Positions 36,691 to 49,900 of a stretch of DNA of 64,000 bases are shown here, in pieces. Source of the stretch: Phoronis australis (lineage: Eukaryota > Animalia > Phoronida); the NCBI GenBank assembly GCA_002633005.1, contig NMRA01000009.1:1101169-1165168 (forward strand). Reading direction: 5' to 3'. Position 1 is the stretch's first letter, and every line of letters starts with the position of its first letter. The notes beneath the pieces were generated by a model. It did not search any database. It was not told the DNA's origin and saw only the letters and a program-made list of their open reading frames with translations. The translations under genes were made by a program, and so were the position numbers.

Positions 36691-39600
36691 CGTAAATGAT
36701 GAAATCCTTTATGTTAAGAGTGATTTGTTTTCCCAAATGGTCTTTTGTCTACTTTCTGATGTTTTTTTGCCATGATACGATCTAATAGTACATGGGTGAC
36801 ACCCAGCACGGAAAAAAGTGGGGAGCTATAGCCTCCCTCAGCCCCCTGTCACTGTCACGCAAAGATGTGTTGCCCATGTAGTAGTATTCAGGGGCAGATC
36901 TAGGATTTTTAGATAGAAGGGGGGCAGGGCAGAGTATTACACAGGATTTTATCCGTAAGATATTTGCACCCTCAAACTGCCAAATGAAATATGGGAGTTT
37001 TAGGGGGGCCATGGGCCAGGCCCCCTTCCCCCCCAAATCCACCAATGTGATCTTNGTCATTATTTTATTTTTTACGAAATTATGTAAAAAGGCAGATATT
37101 TTACGCATAATCGTCGCGTTTCAACGGCCATTTTCTCGTCAACCGCTCATCCAATTTTTCTGATTTTTGCACCATTTCATTTCTCACACCAAGGGCTTTT
37201 CAAAAATGTTTGACACATGGGTATTGTAAAAAAATAAAAAAACGTTGTCCTCCCTACAAGAACAATCAATGATTCCATGGCAAACAAAGCCCGCTGAGGT
37301 CATTACTTGCAAAAACTTAAGGATCTCGATAAATAACATGAATTGCATCAAAATCACAAAATAAGCATGAATGCCTTAGACTATGTCATGTAATATCATA
37401 CTACCTGTTTCAATCACTTGATGATATCCAATATGTGGGCCAAATATCGACGAAAGTCCGTCATGGATGCGAACAGCATTACCCGATAAACAACGGCGCG
37501 CCCTCTAGTGGTCAAGCTGTGTATTACGTATGGAATTTTCCTATGATTTTTGAGTCTTTTGGATATGGCCAAATATGGTCAGAACCTAGGCGTTATGGCA
37601 TAACGCCTAGGTTCTGACAAAGACGCTAACAAGACTATTCACCAAGGCCGCCGCCATTATTGTGTCATGGACCGTGGCGACACCTAGCGGGTGTGTGTGG
37701 GCCGACGAAGTACGCAAGGCATTCACTATTGCCGATCTTAGTTTGTCAAATTCAAAATTGTCAGTGAAGTGTCTTTGTTTAAATATTGAAAACAAAAAAC
37801 ACGAGCACTGTAATGGAAAAATACACATAGGCAAAATATAGAGTACACCAAGAAAAAATTTGGGCAGCAAAGGTAATATAAATTACGAGAAATAAATCAT
37901 AAGCAAGAGGGAGACTCAGTAATAAGAGCTGAGCAGATGAAAATAGGTTATTGGAGAATGTGCAGGTACCGAACCTGTAGGATTTTGTCCAGGGGGGTCA
38001 GGAATGTAAAAAACATCAAATGGATCTGCTGAAGAAGAGATAGGAGTGGGGGGTGCCCCTCAACCAACTGAAAGGTTGGGGGCAGAGATAGCTTTCTTCC
38101 CCCAATATTCCAGGTGTTAATATCAATTAATTAACAATTAATTATGTAAGCTTTTAACACACAAACTTTGTTTTAAAATAAAATGGAGAAATTAGTAGAT
38201 CTTTCTTTCAAAAAATTCACATCTTAAAGACGTTCTAGATTCAAGCAGTTGTGTCTGTGCCCATTTACATGAAACTGTCCCAAATATCGACCCAACAGGG
38301 TCATATCCAGGATTTTTTAAAGAGGGGGTCGGATAATGATTTTTTAAGGTGGCCCAAGTCAACAATTTGAAAATTCTAGCATTGATATCACTACAATCAA
38401 GGAAAATGGGGGGTCCAGACCACTTTGACCTGCCACCCTGGATCTGCCTGTACTCAACTGAGTTGGTAAATCTTTTAGGCATTTTTTGTTCTTTGCTCAC
38501 AGTTTTTATATTTTTCTATCATTTTATCTTTATTATGAACTCCTCTTTTGACTTATCATGTTTTATAATAATATAACTAAAAACTGAGCTCTTAATTCAG
38601 TTAAAACATTTAGGGACTTAGTCCTTAAATTAGGTGCATTGCATGAAAAGATCCCTACTTATTTTCAATCATTGAGAATTCAACGTAGAAAACTCCCAAA
38701 AACGTAGTAGTTTTAGGCAACAGTGGAGTCGCTACTTGGGACTGATTCACTGGACCCCAAGCATCCGTGCCCGATGGTATCTGAAATGGGTAGCGCATTG
38801 GGGTGGGTTGTGGTGAATGAAACTGGAGGCAAGAGGGGTACGGGTTCCAAACCTGCAAGAGATGGAATTCCTGCCTGAAGTCCAGTAAACCTGCCTTGTA
38901 TGCCCCCATAAAACAGCCAAGATGCCTATTGAATATGCAATCCATTTTGGATATTTTTTACTATGCTTTCCAGCTCTCATAAATCACTCACATTTTTAAA
39001 TCAACTATCAGCAGTTAGTTAAAGGCATATTCAGCCTGCGTTGGCAGGCCAACTTCATAGTAAATAACATAACGACGCCTTATTTCTTGACTTGATGTTT
39101 TAAAACCCATGTCAAAACAAAAATCTAAACAAACAACATCGTCACTGAAGTTTAACAAGTTTCCAAGGTAATACACATACCACCGAAGTGTCCACAGATG
39201 TATGGCTAAATGTGCCTTTAAAAGAACACTTCCTTCACCACTTCCTATGGCAAATAATCAAGTAGGTTACCAAACCATAAACATAATAGTTATTATGCAC
39301 TGAAGTACATATCATGATCATATTATACAGATTATTGATCAACGACAGCCAGGATGTTGACTGTATGGGATCACAAGAAATAATTTAAATAAGTAATAGC
39401 AAATAAACAATAATAAATAATCAAGAATAACAAATATATGATAAAAAACAATAATAAAATTAGTAAATAATAGTAAATATAATTATCTTTTAGATCTGAA
39501 TGTATTAAGACTGCAGAACAAAATGAAAAAAGTAATTAGAAGCATCAATGGGCATAGAATAAACTAATCAGTAGTTTCCAAAATCATGCAAACAATTTAT

Positions 39601-40789
39601 GACAATTTTCTATATCAGCAATCAAATGCAGGAAACAGTAAAGACACCCAGTCCATCACTGAATGACTGGCAAGAGATTCACGCAGAAATATCCTCTGTT
39701 TCAATCATGAACATCACCTATCTTAATCATTGAGGAAGCAAAAAAGCATGAGTCACGAATTTTCAATTAACTGTTGCTGCAGCCGTAGGCAGTGCAAAAA
39801 GCACCATTGCTTTTTTTACTGACGGGAGCCGTGATATCTTGCCACATTTGTTTATTGCACGCACACTCGCTAGACGTGTCTACAGTCCATGGAACAACAA
39901 TGTCCACCAGTGGCCGTCCGATGGGATTTCGCTAGGTGGACTGTCTCCCTATCTACGGTCTCTGATAGTAGCACCAAAGATGCTGCAGTTACTGGCGCCA
40001 TGCCTAATCCAACAGCACCACTGACAATTCTCTCTACAGTTACAGGCACAATAGGGACCGCTGGGTGCAGACTTTTCGGCATCCCCACTTGACTTACTTT
40101 CTCATGCAACTCAACAACTTTCTGAAATGAATGAATACAAAAATACATCTACACATGTTGACTACCTACAACTGTCTACTTGTCCACACCCAGATTTTTA
40201 ACAAACAGCCTGGCTCAAGACTCATCCTCTGATTTTCAGCAGTCCGCTTTTATATAACTATAGTAAGTAGAGAGATTAGCTTCAAGAAGCAATACAATAG
40301 ATATAACAACATAGTCCGCTTTTTTATAACTATAGTAAGTAGAGAGGGGAGCTTCAGGTAGCAATACAATAGGTATAACAAAACCATCAGTCATGGAGGA
40401 TGAAATTATGGTCATTATTAATTATGTCCTATTACCTCACCTAAGAGCTTTACTAAAGCAGCACTGCATGGTGCTCAGCAGATGGGGGTGTTTCACTGGG
40501 CTCACTCGTGGCGTAGCTGTGATCTATTGGCTGGAAAAATATCATTTATATTTCAACAAATACAACATACAGGAAAAATATGTGGCATCAGCAATATTCT
40601 CTATGCAGTGTCACTCACTCTTTCCCATTATTGCAACTAAATAATAACCCTTCGGAGTAATGTTGCTTTGGAATAACACCTGATTGATATATTTTTCAAG
40701 TAATGACCCTTCGGACTATAGGTCCTTCAAAGTACAATGAATGCCCATCACAGTAAAGACCTAACTAAACCCATACTAGTCTACTGGAC

Positions 40790-40945
40790 CAGAGCTGTAG
40801 TGGGGCGTAGGCGCAAGTAGGCGCAGCCAATCACCTTTTGGCATTTGAAAGTAGCGCCTACGCACCATAAGTTACGTTCAGTGCTCAATGTGATACGGTG
40901 GGCTTTAGGCGCCTACTTACCTCTAATTTCACCACTACAGCACTG
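40790..40945. mobile_element. 156-bp hAT MITE
   Basis: TIR CAGAGCTGTAGTGG / CCACTACAGCACTG, 8-bp TSD TACTGGAC/TACTGGAA, internal GTAGGCGC repeats. Confidence 0.8.
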
Positions 40946-41659
40946 TACTGGAACAAGTTAACATCACAGCATTTCTCCTTAGCAGGTCCTCACACTTGCT
41001 GTTTATCACCTATCTCTTGGATCTGAATGTATAAACACTGAAGTGAATTGAAGACGTGAAAGAAATTACAGTTTAGATCCAATCATAGAATAGAAACACA
41101 AGTTATCAGTAGGCCCTAAGTCATGAAACACATGCAGGACAATTTCGGTTATAGTTTGATAGGTGGGTCCGTGACTCAAAATTCATTTGAAAACCAGTTA
41201 CTACCACTGAATAACGGGCGTAGTTTATTGGGAGTAACTGGCTCTAAAATCAAGTACTTAGTACTCATCATCCCGGTGTCGCGTGAAATTTCTTCCCCGT
41301 GAAATTTCTTCCCAATCCGACTTTGCGCATGCGCAGATTGGCCAGGTTGGCATCCGGTCTTGAGAGCGTGAAATTTCTTCCCAGGGCACTTCTGTACCCT
41401 ACTGTGAGACAGTTGAGTCGTTATCTGCTACGAACACGAATATTCCAGACGTTTTTTTTTGCAAAGGTGCCGATGATCTCAAGTACACTGTGAGAGCACA
41501 GGCACCTTTAAGTAGCCCTCTAGCAGATGAAAAGTCACATGGGTAGAGGTCACCTACTCTGACATGATTAGAGGTCACCTACTTGACCTCCCTGCGCGCG
41601 CACAGACTCCAATACTTCCGGTGGTGTAGTGGGGAAACCAAGCGTGGCCTTTTCGCGTA

Positions 41660-42610
41660 CCCGCTCATCCAAAACCTATTACGGCAAACAGATGGCGCTT
41701 CTCATCAATCACGTGTCATTTTATCGCTCAAATAAGACTGTCTGCCAGCACCTTGACCTACATTCTGCTGCTGCTGACCGTAGCCACAGGTCACGAGAGT
41801 TCATGAACCAGACAGTGTATGTCCTGATGAGTGGCGAATTTGTGTGGAAAAGAAATCTTTGTGTCCGACATTCCATGTTTAAAACCCCATTTGTAATAAC
41901 TATTTATAACATATAATTAAGATGAAAGGGTTAATAATCAACGCTGTTGTGGTTGCTCGGCCTAAACGCTGGGGTAAAATATATATTCAATGAGCGTGAC
42001 CATGGTGAGGCTACTAAACCGGGCCCGGCCACTTTAACGCCCGGCGAGATTTTGGCAACTCAACAACCATAATTTTAATTAGGTTGAAATATAACCACTA
42101 TATTTTTTAAATTATGCTTGAATTCTACATGGTGATATACATTTTGGGTTTTATTCTCTTGCGATATTTTCTTTTTCGTTCAGTGTCTCGTTAGCCAACA
42201 ACACTGAGCCCAGCAGACCGGACTAGCCGTGGCACGGCACGGCAGCTGATGGTTCACCAAGTAGAAACGTCTGTAATATTTTATGTTCTATCAACACTAA
42301 GGCAAAAGAGAGTGGTTTCAACTTATATAGTATCTATTTAACGAACTGAACCATGCACTAGGAACATGTTGGTGGCCATGATTAATAACAGCTGACGGTA
42401 TAAACAAAGAGTGAAGCACTGAGCTCATCATTTCACGTTGTCACAACGGCGATGTGACGTCAGCAGCTGTAGAATGTAGGTCAAGGTGCTGGGTCAAGAT
42501 TCAGTTCACACAAGAATGTCACCTGACTGTAAGCATGCAGCGCTGCCTGTTAGTAAAGCAGCATTGCATCCAGCGCCATCTGTTTGCCGTAAAGGTTTTG
42601 GATGAGCGGG
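41660..42610. mobile_element. Non-autonomous DNA transposon with TA TSD
   Basis: TIR CCCGCTCATCCAAAACCT..TACGGCAAACAGATGGCGCT mirrored at 42573-42610 and flanked by TA. A second inverted block CCAGCACCTTGACCTACATTCT lies at 41744 and 42471. Confidence 0.82.
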
Positions 42611-45028
42611 TACCTTTTGCTTTCAGCTTCATTTTTCAGTTTCATTATTTGAACCTTTTTATGAATTTAAAGTTTTCGTCTCTTGACTTTACACGTACAG
42701 CAGCAGGATTTTGAGTTGGGGGAGGGGGACAGGGGCAGAGTATTTTGCTCGTCAGCTATATATTCGGTGCTACAGTTTTCCTAAAATGACTGTTGTTGTG
42801 GGTGGCCTACCTAGGCTAATGGTAATGGCTATTAGCGGCTATTAGCCCATTTCTTCCACAAAATATTTCGTAAAAAATCTTCAGAATCCAGCACAGTATA
42901 CAAGATAATTATCACAACATGTTTCGTATACATTACTGGTGATGTTTTCCTTGACTCGTTAGCTTTGAAATGCGGAGTTTGATGAAAACAGAGAGATTTA
43001 AACAGCTGTAAATCCATCGACATTCTTTTACTGGAACTCGCCATGTTGGTGAACTAGTTTGACCTATTATACAACTGACCAATAGAATGCCTTGTTTCTT
43101 GAAATCGGAACAGCCAATGATATTGCAAGAATGCGGATGGAAAAGTGTCCTGTAGCAGACCCCAACCAATCTCGAGGGTCTGTGCAGGAGACTAAGGCCA
43201 CCTGTTGGTTGAAAAAGTTGGAGACGTTGTCTGCTTATTTTCACCGGTTACTTGCACCAAAGACGCTAACAAGACTATTCACCAAGGCCGCCGCCATTAT
43301 TGTGTCATGGACCGTGGCGACACCTAGCGGGTGTGTGTGGGCCAACGAAGTACGCAAGGCATTCACTATAGCCGATCGTAGTTTGCCAAATTCAAAATTG
43401 TCAGTGAAGTGTCTTTGTTTAAAATATTGAAAACAAAAAACACGAGCACTGTAATGGAAAAATACACATAAGCAAAATATAGAGTAAACCAAGAAAAAAT
43501 TTGGGCAGCAAAGGTAATATAAATTACGAGAAATAAATAATAAGCAAGAGGGAGACTCAGTAATAAGAGCTGAGCTGATGAAAGTAGGTTATTGGAGAAT
43601 GTGCAGGTACCGAACCTGTAGGATTTTGTCCAGGGGGGTCAGGAATGTAATAAACATCAAATGGATCTGCTGAAGAAGAGATAGGAGTGGGGGCTGCCCC
43701 TCAACCAATTGAAAGGTTGGGGGCAGAGATAGCTTTCTTCCCCCAATATTCCAGGTGTTAATATCAATTAATTAACAATTAATTATGTAAGCTTTTAGCA
43801 CACAAACTTTGTTTTAAAATGAAATGGAGAAATTAGTAGATCTTTCTTTCGAAAATTCACATCTTAAAGACGTTCTAGATTCAAGCAGTTGTGTCTGTGC
43901 CCATTTACATAAAACTGTCCCAAATATCGACCCAACAGGGTCATATCCAGGATTTTTTAAAGGGGGAGGGGGGTCGGATAATGATTTTTTAAGAAAGGTG
44001 GCCCAAGTCAACAATTTGAAAATTCTAGCATTGATATCACTACAATCAAGGAAAATGGGGGGTCCAGACCCCTTTAACCTGCCACCTTGGATCTGCCTGT
44101 ACTCAACTGAGTTGGTAAATCTTTTAGGCATTTTTTTGTTCTTTACTCACAGTTTTTATATTTTTCTATCATTTTATCTTTATTATGAACTCCTCTTTTG
44201 ACTTATGTTGTTTTATAATAATATAACTAAAATCTGAGCTCTTAATTCAGTCAAAACATTTAGGGACTTAGTCCTTAAATTAGGTGCATTGCATGAAAAG
44301 ATCCCACCCTACTTATTTTCAATCAATGAGAATTCAACGTAGAAAACTCCCAAAAACGTAGTAGTTTTAGGCAACAGTGGAGTCGCTACTTGGGACTGAT
44401 TCACTGGACCCCAAGCATCCGTGCCCGATGGTATCTGAAATGGGTAGCGCATTGGGGTGGGTTGTGGTGAATGAAACTGGAGGCAAGAGGGGTATGGGNT
44501 CTGATCCTCTTTTTAGGGACTGCAGCCGGCATATCTTGTTTTGTAGTTACTTGACACAGCACTACCCTCAGAGGTATTAACTATGGGAAATCTATATGAA
44601 CTACATGATCAGATAAAATATCTTGTCTCTGTGACCGCTGACCACGAGTATCAGCCATATTCCTTTTTTCCCACACACACCCGCTAGACGTCTCTACGGT
44701 CCATGGAACAACAATGGCCGCCAGTGGCCGTCCAATAGGATTTCGCTAGGTGAAACGTCTCCCTCTCTACGGTCTCTGCTTGCACTCTGTTTCTGATGAC
44801 TGGCTTCCGACAACTTAATCCATTGTAGTGTCACGTACGTGTTAACAGGCTCGAGTTCAATATCTGTCTTGCCGCGAGAAAAATCTAGCCAAATTCATGT
44901 GCTCTCATAGAAAATAGACAGTAACATCTCGCGGAATCTCGTCAGATCTTGCTTTCTCCAGCCATTGCTGGTTCCCTCATGTCCAGCCAGCACGCAGGTA
45001 TCACGCAGTGGCACGCGCTTTAGCATTG

Positions 45029-48000
45029 TAGTCGGTGGGCCAGATCTCATAGCGTTCATCCTTGTGAGTACTTTGGGGGGGCAACCTAGTTTTTTCTATG
45101 TGGCTAGATAATATACCTATAAATCAAATTACAAAAAGTTCCCACGTCTACACTTGCACATTTTTTTAAAAAAGGTGTTTTTGTTGCACAAAATATGATG
45201 CACATTCCTGCCACTTGATGGCGCTTTTCTAGTGAATTGACCAATCAGAGAGCCAGATTGTATTGTTGTGCTTAGTTACTTCAATATGGCTGCTCCCATG
45301 GAATGTGATGTCTGTATAATTCAAGGTTTATCAAACAGCACAAAATTGTGATGTCAGAGCCTAAAGAAGCTTAGGAAAGCTTCCTGACGAAAGCTGATTG
45401 ACTGTGGAACTCTGTAGATCAGTAGATCAAAAAGAAGAAGAGGTGTCACAAACGTTTGTGCAGAAAACAGCTGCATGCCCTGGTAGCCTACACAGTATAC
45501 TGCTGAGTGCTGTAGACTAGAAGACCAAGTGTCAGACCAAAAAATTGAAAGGACATAGAACGGCATAGCAACGTTTCAAGGCACCAACAGTAGTACTAAA
45601 GCTGAAGTTGCTGAAAGTGATACAGATGTTATCCAAGATTTCCCAAGAAAATCAATCACTTCCAAAATCTGAAACACCCAATTAACCTGAACAAGATAGG
45701 AACATTCTGAAACATGAGTGCATCATTTGTTAGCAGGAAAAGTACATTATGGGCCACATTTCAAGAAAGAGAAAGAAGTATAGCTTTCAAAAACAGGTAC
45801 GTGTTTTTTAAAAATACATCTTGGTGTTTTCCATGTGTGTTTCAGTATTATCACCAGTTGTTTTTTAACTTGTTCAGCCCCTTGGCTGCCTAGGCCTTAG
45901 ACAATACTGCTGACCCAGTAGAGACGATGATCATACCATAGGTACTTCATATGCCGGATACTTTTCGGCAAATTATGTTCCTATAAGTTTAGAAGTACCG
46001 CGTAGAGAGATGCCTCTGAGGAGGTCGTTAATGTTTTCATTTGTTCCCAGTTTAAACAAATACTCCTGCAATCCTGTTTTTCGAACACTCCATTCAGTTG
46101 CCACATCGACACTGCTTGCGCTAAGGGATAATCCTATGGCGTTATACTGTGGGTGTGATTTTAAAGCACTTTAAGTCTAAAATTTTTGAGAAGGTTAAAT
46201 GGAGTAGATAGTTGCAAACAACATGCCCAAGTGGCCGTCATCCCCTGCCGTAGTCTCAATTTTTTGTAAACATTAATTACTTAGGTAGCAGCTGCAATGA
46301 TAATTAAATTAAAGTGCCTAAGTGGCCATCGTCGCCGTCGAAATTTGAGGACGATGGAAGCCACTGTCCATTTCGTCAAACGTCGATTACCTTAAGTGTA
46401 AATCGATTGACTATGGTTTGAGCATCTGATTTAAAAAAAATAAATTTCAATCACTGCACAGGTATATCAGCTGATTTATTTTCAGCTGCATCTACTGATC
46501 TAATTATTAGACGATCAACATTATTAGGCTACAGATCAAACGGCATGTAAATTTGTTAGGCTGGTGGTGGATCAGCTCCTGATACGTCCGTCTGAAAAAG
46601 TTGCATGCCAACTCACTCATAGTTGAATGTTAAATTAGTGTTAACAGTTCGGGTTTTTTTCAGTTGGACTTGTATCGCAAGCAACAGCTCAGTCCAGAGC
46701 CCTGAATATGCAAATGAAATTCAAAGATAAAGACCTTGTGTCTTAGAAGCCAAGTACCACAGATCATCATGCTGTAAAAAAGAGAAAGACAAAGATTGTG
46801 GAGAGTGACGAATCCCCAGTTTTCAGAGATGTTTTTCTACAGTTTTGTTTGGAGTTCATTGAATCAAAGCTTCTAGCACATGGAGATGTCATTTGCCTTT
46901 CAAAAATAAAGCAAGACTTTGAAGCTGTTCTTCAGAAAGCTGGTGTGCATGAAGTTATTTGGACAGGCAATCTTAAGAAATATTGTTGAAGCTACTCACT
47001 GTTGTAGTTTGTGCCTGACTAAGAGATACGAAAGTGAATTGAGGCTAGTGTTCAATAATTCACTTGCTGACTCTAATTAACACAGCCCATTGTAACATAT
47101 TTTGAATCAAACGTTTGCCCAAATAGTGCCCGCCTCCAAACAAGGACTTAGTGTTTGACCCTTCATTGCCTGCGGGCTAATCACCAGTGTGCAGTGCTGT
47201 ACCCTCTCTAATCGACCATAGTTGGCTCCTTGGCGGTGGAGCTTTGCAGTTAATATGTATGGCAATGACCGCATCTCCATTGACAGTACTAAACGATGAA
47301 CGCTGCAAGTGCAAAAAGAACATGTGTGCTGGGAAACTGAGTTTGTGCTGCAATGCTGGGTCAAACTGTACAGAAATGTGCAGCTGTGACAACTGTAGTA
47401 ACATCAGCAACACTGACTGCATAACATTGGATAGTTCTTTGACAGGCCAACCCTAAATAGACCTCCAACCCCGTTATTTCCTTTTTTGTATTAAAAAGTT
47501 AATTTTATTTGTTGATTAAGTCATAGAAAGTACATACTTTGATCATTGTCATGTATTTGTCTCATACTGCTTAATAAACGCTGTCAGAATAATCTATTTT
47601 AATACAGTCTTTGTGCACATTCACAGAGATCATTCAACTATATTGTTTTTGTACTATAACATATTTCTGGTGTATTATGCAAACAAGCTGTATTTTACAC
47701 CATTAGTCAATGTTTTAGTCATTGAGGCACAAATTTTGCCCAGTCTCAAGTGTTTTGTGTTATTTTTGTTGCCTGACAATGCCAGAATAACTTCCTAGAA
47801 ACATTCAGACTTAGTTTGTATTTTTGCCACTAGGTGTCTCTTTACGTTTTTTAAATTTCACTGTTTACAATTAATTTACAATAGTAAAACATGTAATGTG
47901 AGTGTAATATTGTTCAATACAATGGCACTGATGGGACCATATTACTTGTTTTACAAAAAAGTCACCAAAACTGTTGTTTTTACAAATATAAGTTTACTAA

Positions 48001-48190
48001 GCTCTTTGGTGATTATTAGGTAACTTCAAACTCAAATTTCTCAAAAATGTGCAACTTTATATGTGGGAACTTTTTAGATTTTGAAAACACTCTAATAAAT
48101 GAACTAAAAAACACCAAAATAAAATTGCCCCCCTAAAGTACTCACAAAAACCATTTTCTAGAGGCCCTACAAAATCTGGCCCACCGACTA
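45029..48190 (+). mobile_element. Academ-superfamily DNA transposon, internally deleted and decayed, both ends intact
   Basis: TIR TAGTCGGTGGGCCAGAT / ATCTGGCCCACCGACTA, 3-bp TSD TTG, subterminal GTGAGTACTTTgGGGGGGCAA mirrored. Relic coding motifs KDLV..EAKYHR (about 46729-46765) and a C-terminal Cys cluster CKCKK..C..CC..CTEMCSCDNCSN (47187-47456). Confidence 0.85.
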
Positions 48191-48494
48191 TTGGTTGATG
48201 TAACCTCAGCAGTCGTTGGTTAGCTTTATACAACACCGTGAAAAATGGCGGACTGTGAACGATTTTTATCCTTGTCATGCAAGTGGCGTCGCAGCAACTA
48301 TTTCGTTTCTGCAGTGATGTTTAATAGCCGCGTGCTTAACTGAGCACGTACATGTACAATAAACACGATTTAACTGGTGTGTTATTCATACTGTATGAAT
48401 ATAGGACATTATACCACAATATTAGCGTCAAATGGCAGATACAACCGTGTAATAACCCATAAAGTTATCTCACTAGTGAGATAACGATTTGGCG

Positions 48495-48572
48495 GGAAAC
48501 CGAGAACGGATTCGAACTCGGGACCCTGGAATTTTGGAGGTCGCCGACTTAACCACTACACCACGCAGCGAC
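48495..48572 (-). other. tRNA-derived sequence (SINE head or tRNA pseudogene)
   Basis: A-box TGGTGTAGTGG and B-box GAGTTCGAATCC at tRNA-like spacing, but the acceptor and anticodon stems do not pair. Confidence 0.6.
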
Positions 48573-49092
48573 TGACGTTATCAAGAGTGAAAATAGAATA
48601 ATTAAATGAGCACGCGCAATAATCGCACGTTCAACAAACCGCATTGTACTGTACTTATACGCTACGAAAAATAAGACACAAAATTTCCATAAAAATGATA
48701 TCTTAATTCAGTGAAATTTTTCTCTCATGTCCTCTTACTTGTAAATCACCGATCTCCAGTTTGAATGCGGGTATCGTGTCGTCAGGATCTTTGACTTGAG
48801 AATTATATTCAGTTACCAGTGGTAACCTACTTTAGCAGACGATAATTTTCCGGTAGAATCTTAGCGTGTAAAAAACGTGTTTTAAGCTATAATAGTTGCT
48901 TAACCTTAATTTAGAAATTCACTTCATTTCTATTTTGTTTAAATTTCCAATTGGTTTTGAGTATAAGCTTTATTTGACAAAAATAGCTCGGTTTTTCTTA
49001 AAAGGTCACGACCTCCGACCCCGGGCCTCTGACATAGAAAGTAGTTACAAAGCCGAGGCGAGTCGAGACAGTAGATCGATTCATTGGCATAA

Positions 49093-49226
49093 ATAGATTA
49101 TTACATGTTCTCAGTCGTTACCCCCCTTATCTAGAGCCCTCGAGGATGTCGGAGATTTATCGCCCTTGGGGCGTTACTCGGGCTCTAGATAACGGGGGAT
49201 AACGACTTCGCCATGTAATAATCTAT
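49093..49226. repeat. 134-bp palindromic (hairpin) element
   Basis: ATAGATTATTACATG..AGTCGTTA.CCCCC.TTATCTAGAGCCC mirrored by GGGCTCTAGATAACGGGGGATAACGACT..CATGTAATAATCTAT. Confidence 0.85.
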
Positions 49227-49775
49227 ATGTATCGTAAACAAAAGTCATCGACAGTAGAAAGATGCACTCCGAAAAGGCGCAACCACAATTTCTAGAATTC
49301 ATATTTCCTGAACATGAATTTTAAGCACCGATTTGTGTGTACAACAGACCATATTTACACTTCAGTCCATCAGTCATGCCAGTTTGTTTGCGTAAAGCGC
49401 TGCCTGTTGAGAATTCGACTAGCCAGAAACGCCACTGTAAAAAATTTCCCGAGGAAAATTATGTAATACCTGCGTGCTGGTTACCGAACACCTAACGGCC
49501 CGCAGCGAACCACTGAGTCTCCAGCCAGACACAAGCGTTTGTGCCGGAACTCGATTCAGCTCAATGCGTGAAACAGGATGTCCTAGTTAAATGTCACAGA
49601 CCTTATCATCAGCCCGCTTGACCGTGATATACGCCGAACGGCTGTTAAGAGCTCTTGTGGTTGTATTACACCAAAACCGCTCGGTATACCTTTTTGAAGT
49701 TGTTTTGGTGTAGTGAATTTAAGGCGACTAGATTACCCCGACCCGGCGATACACACGCGCAGTTCACAACACCAT

Positions 49776-49900
49776 TGTGATCGAAATATGTCCCGAATAA
49801 TAGATAATTGATACGTGCGTCGCAAGCTCGTTACCAGAGATGAAAAGGAGACCGAGGTAGGTGATATAAGGTCATATTTTATGACTAGTACAATTACAAT
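49776..49900. repeat. Dispersed repeat, second copy at about 54518-54640
   Basis: GTGATCGA.ATATGTCCCGAAT...CGTGCGTCGCAA...TTACCAGAGATGAAA...GATATAAGGTCAT...TACAATTACAA occurs in both places. Confidence 0.75.

Larger units (their letters stand above)
37618..44498 (+). repeat. About 1.2-kb direct duplication (37618-38844 vs 43258-44498)
   Basis: Near-identical sequence. The second copy ends exactly at the n join at 44499. A further block of about 95 bp (39869-39964) recurs at 44682-44778. Confidence 0.9.

Noticed and set aside
47187-47456. Metallothionein-like or tesmin/CXC host gene
   Set aside because: It lies inside TIR/TSD-bounded Academ sequence and fits the Cys-rich C-terminus of that transposase type.
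48495-48572. Functional tRNA gene
   Set aside because: A and B boxes are present but the acceptor and anticodon stems do not form.
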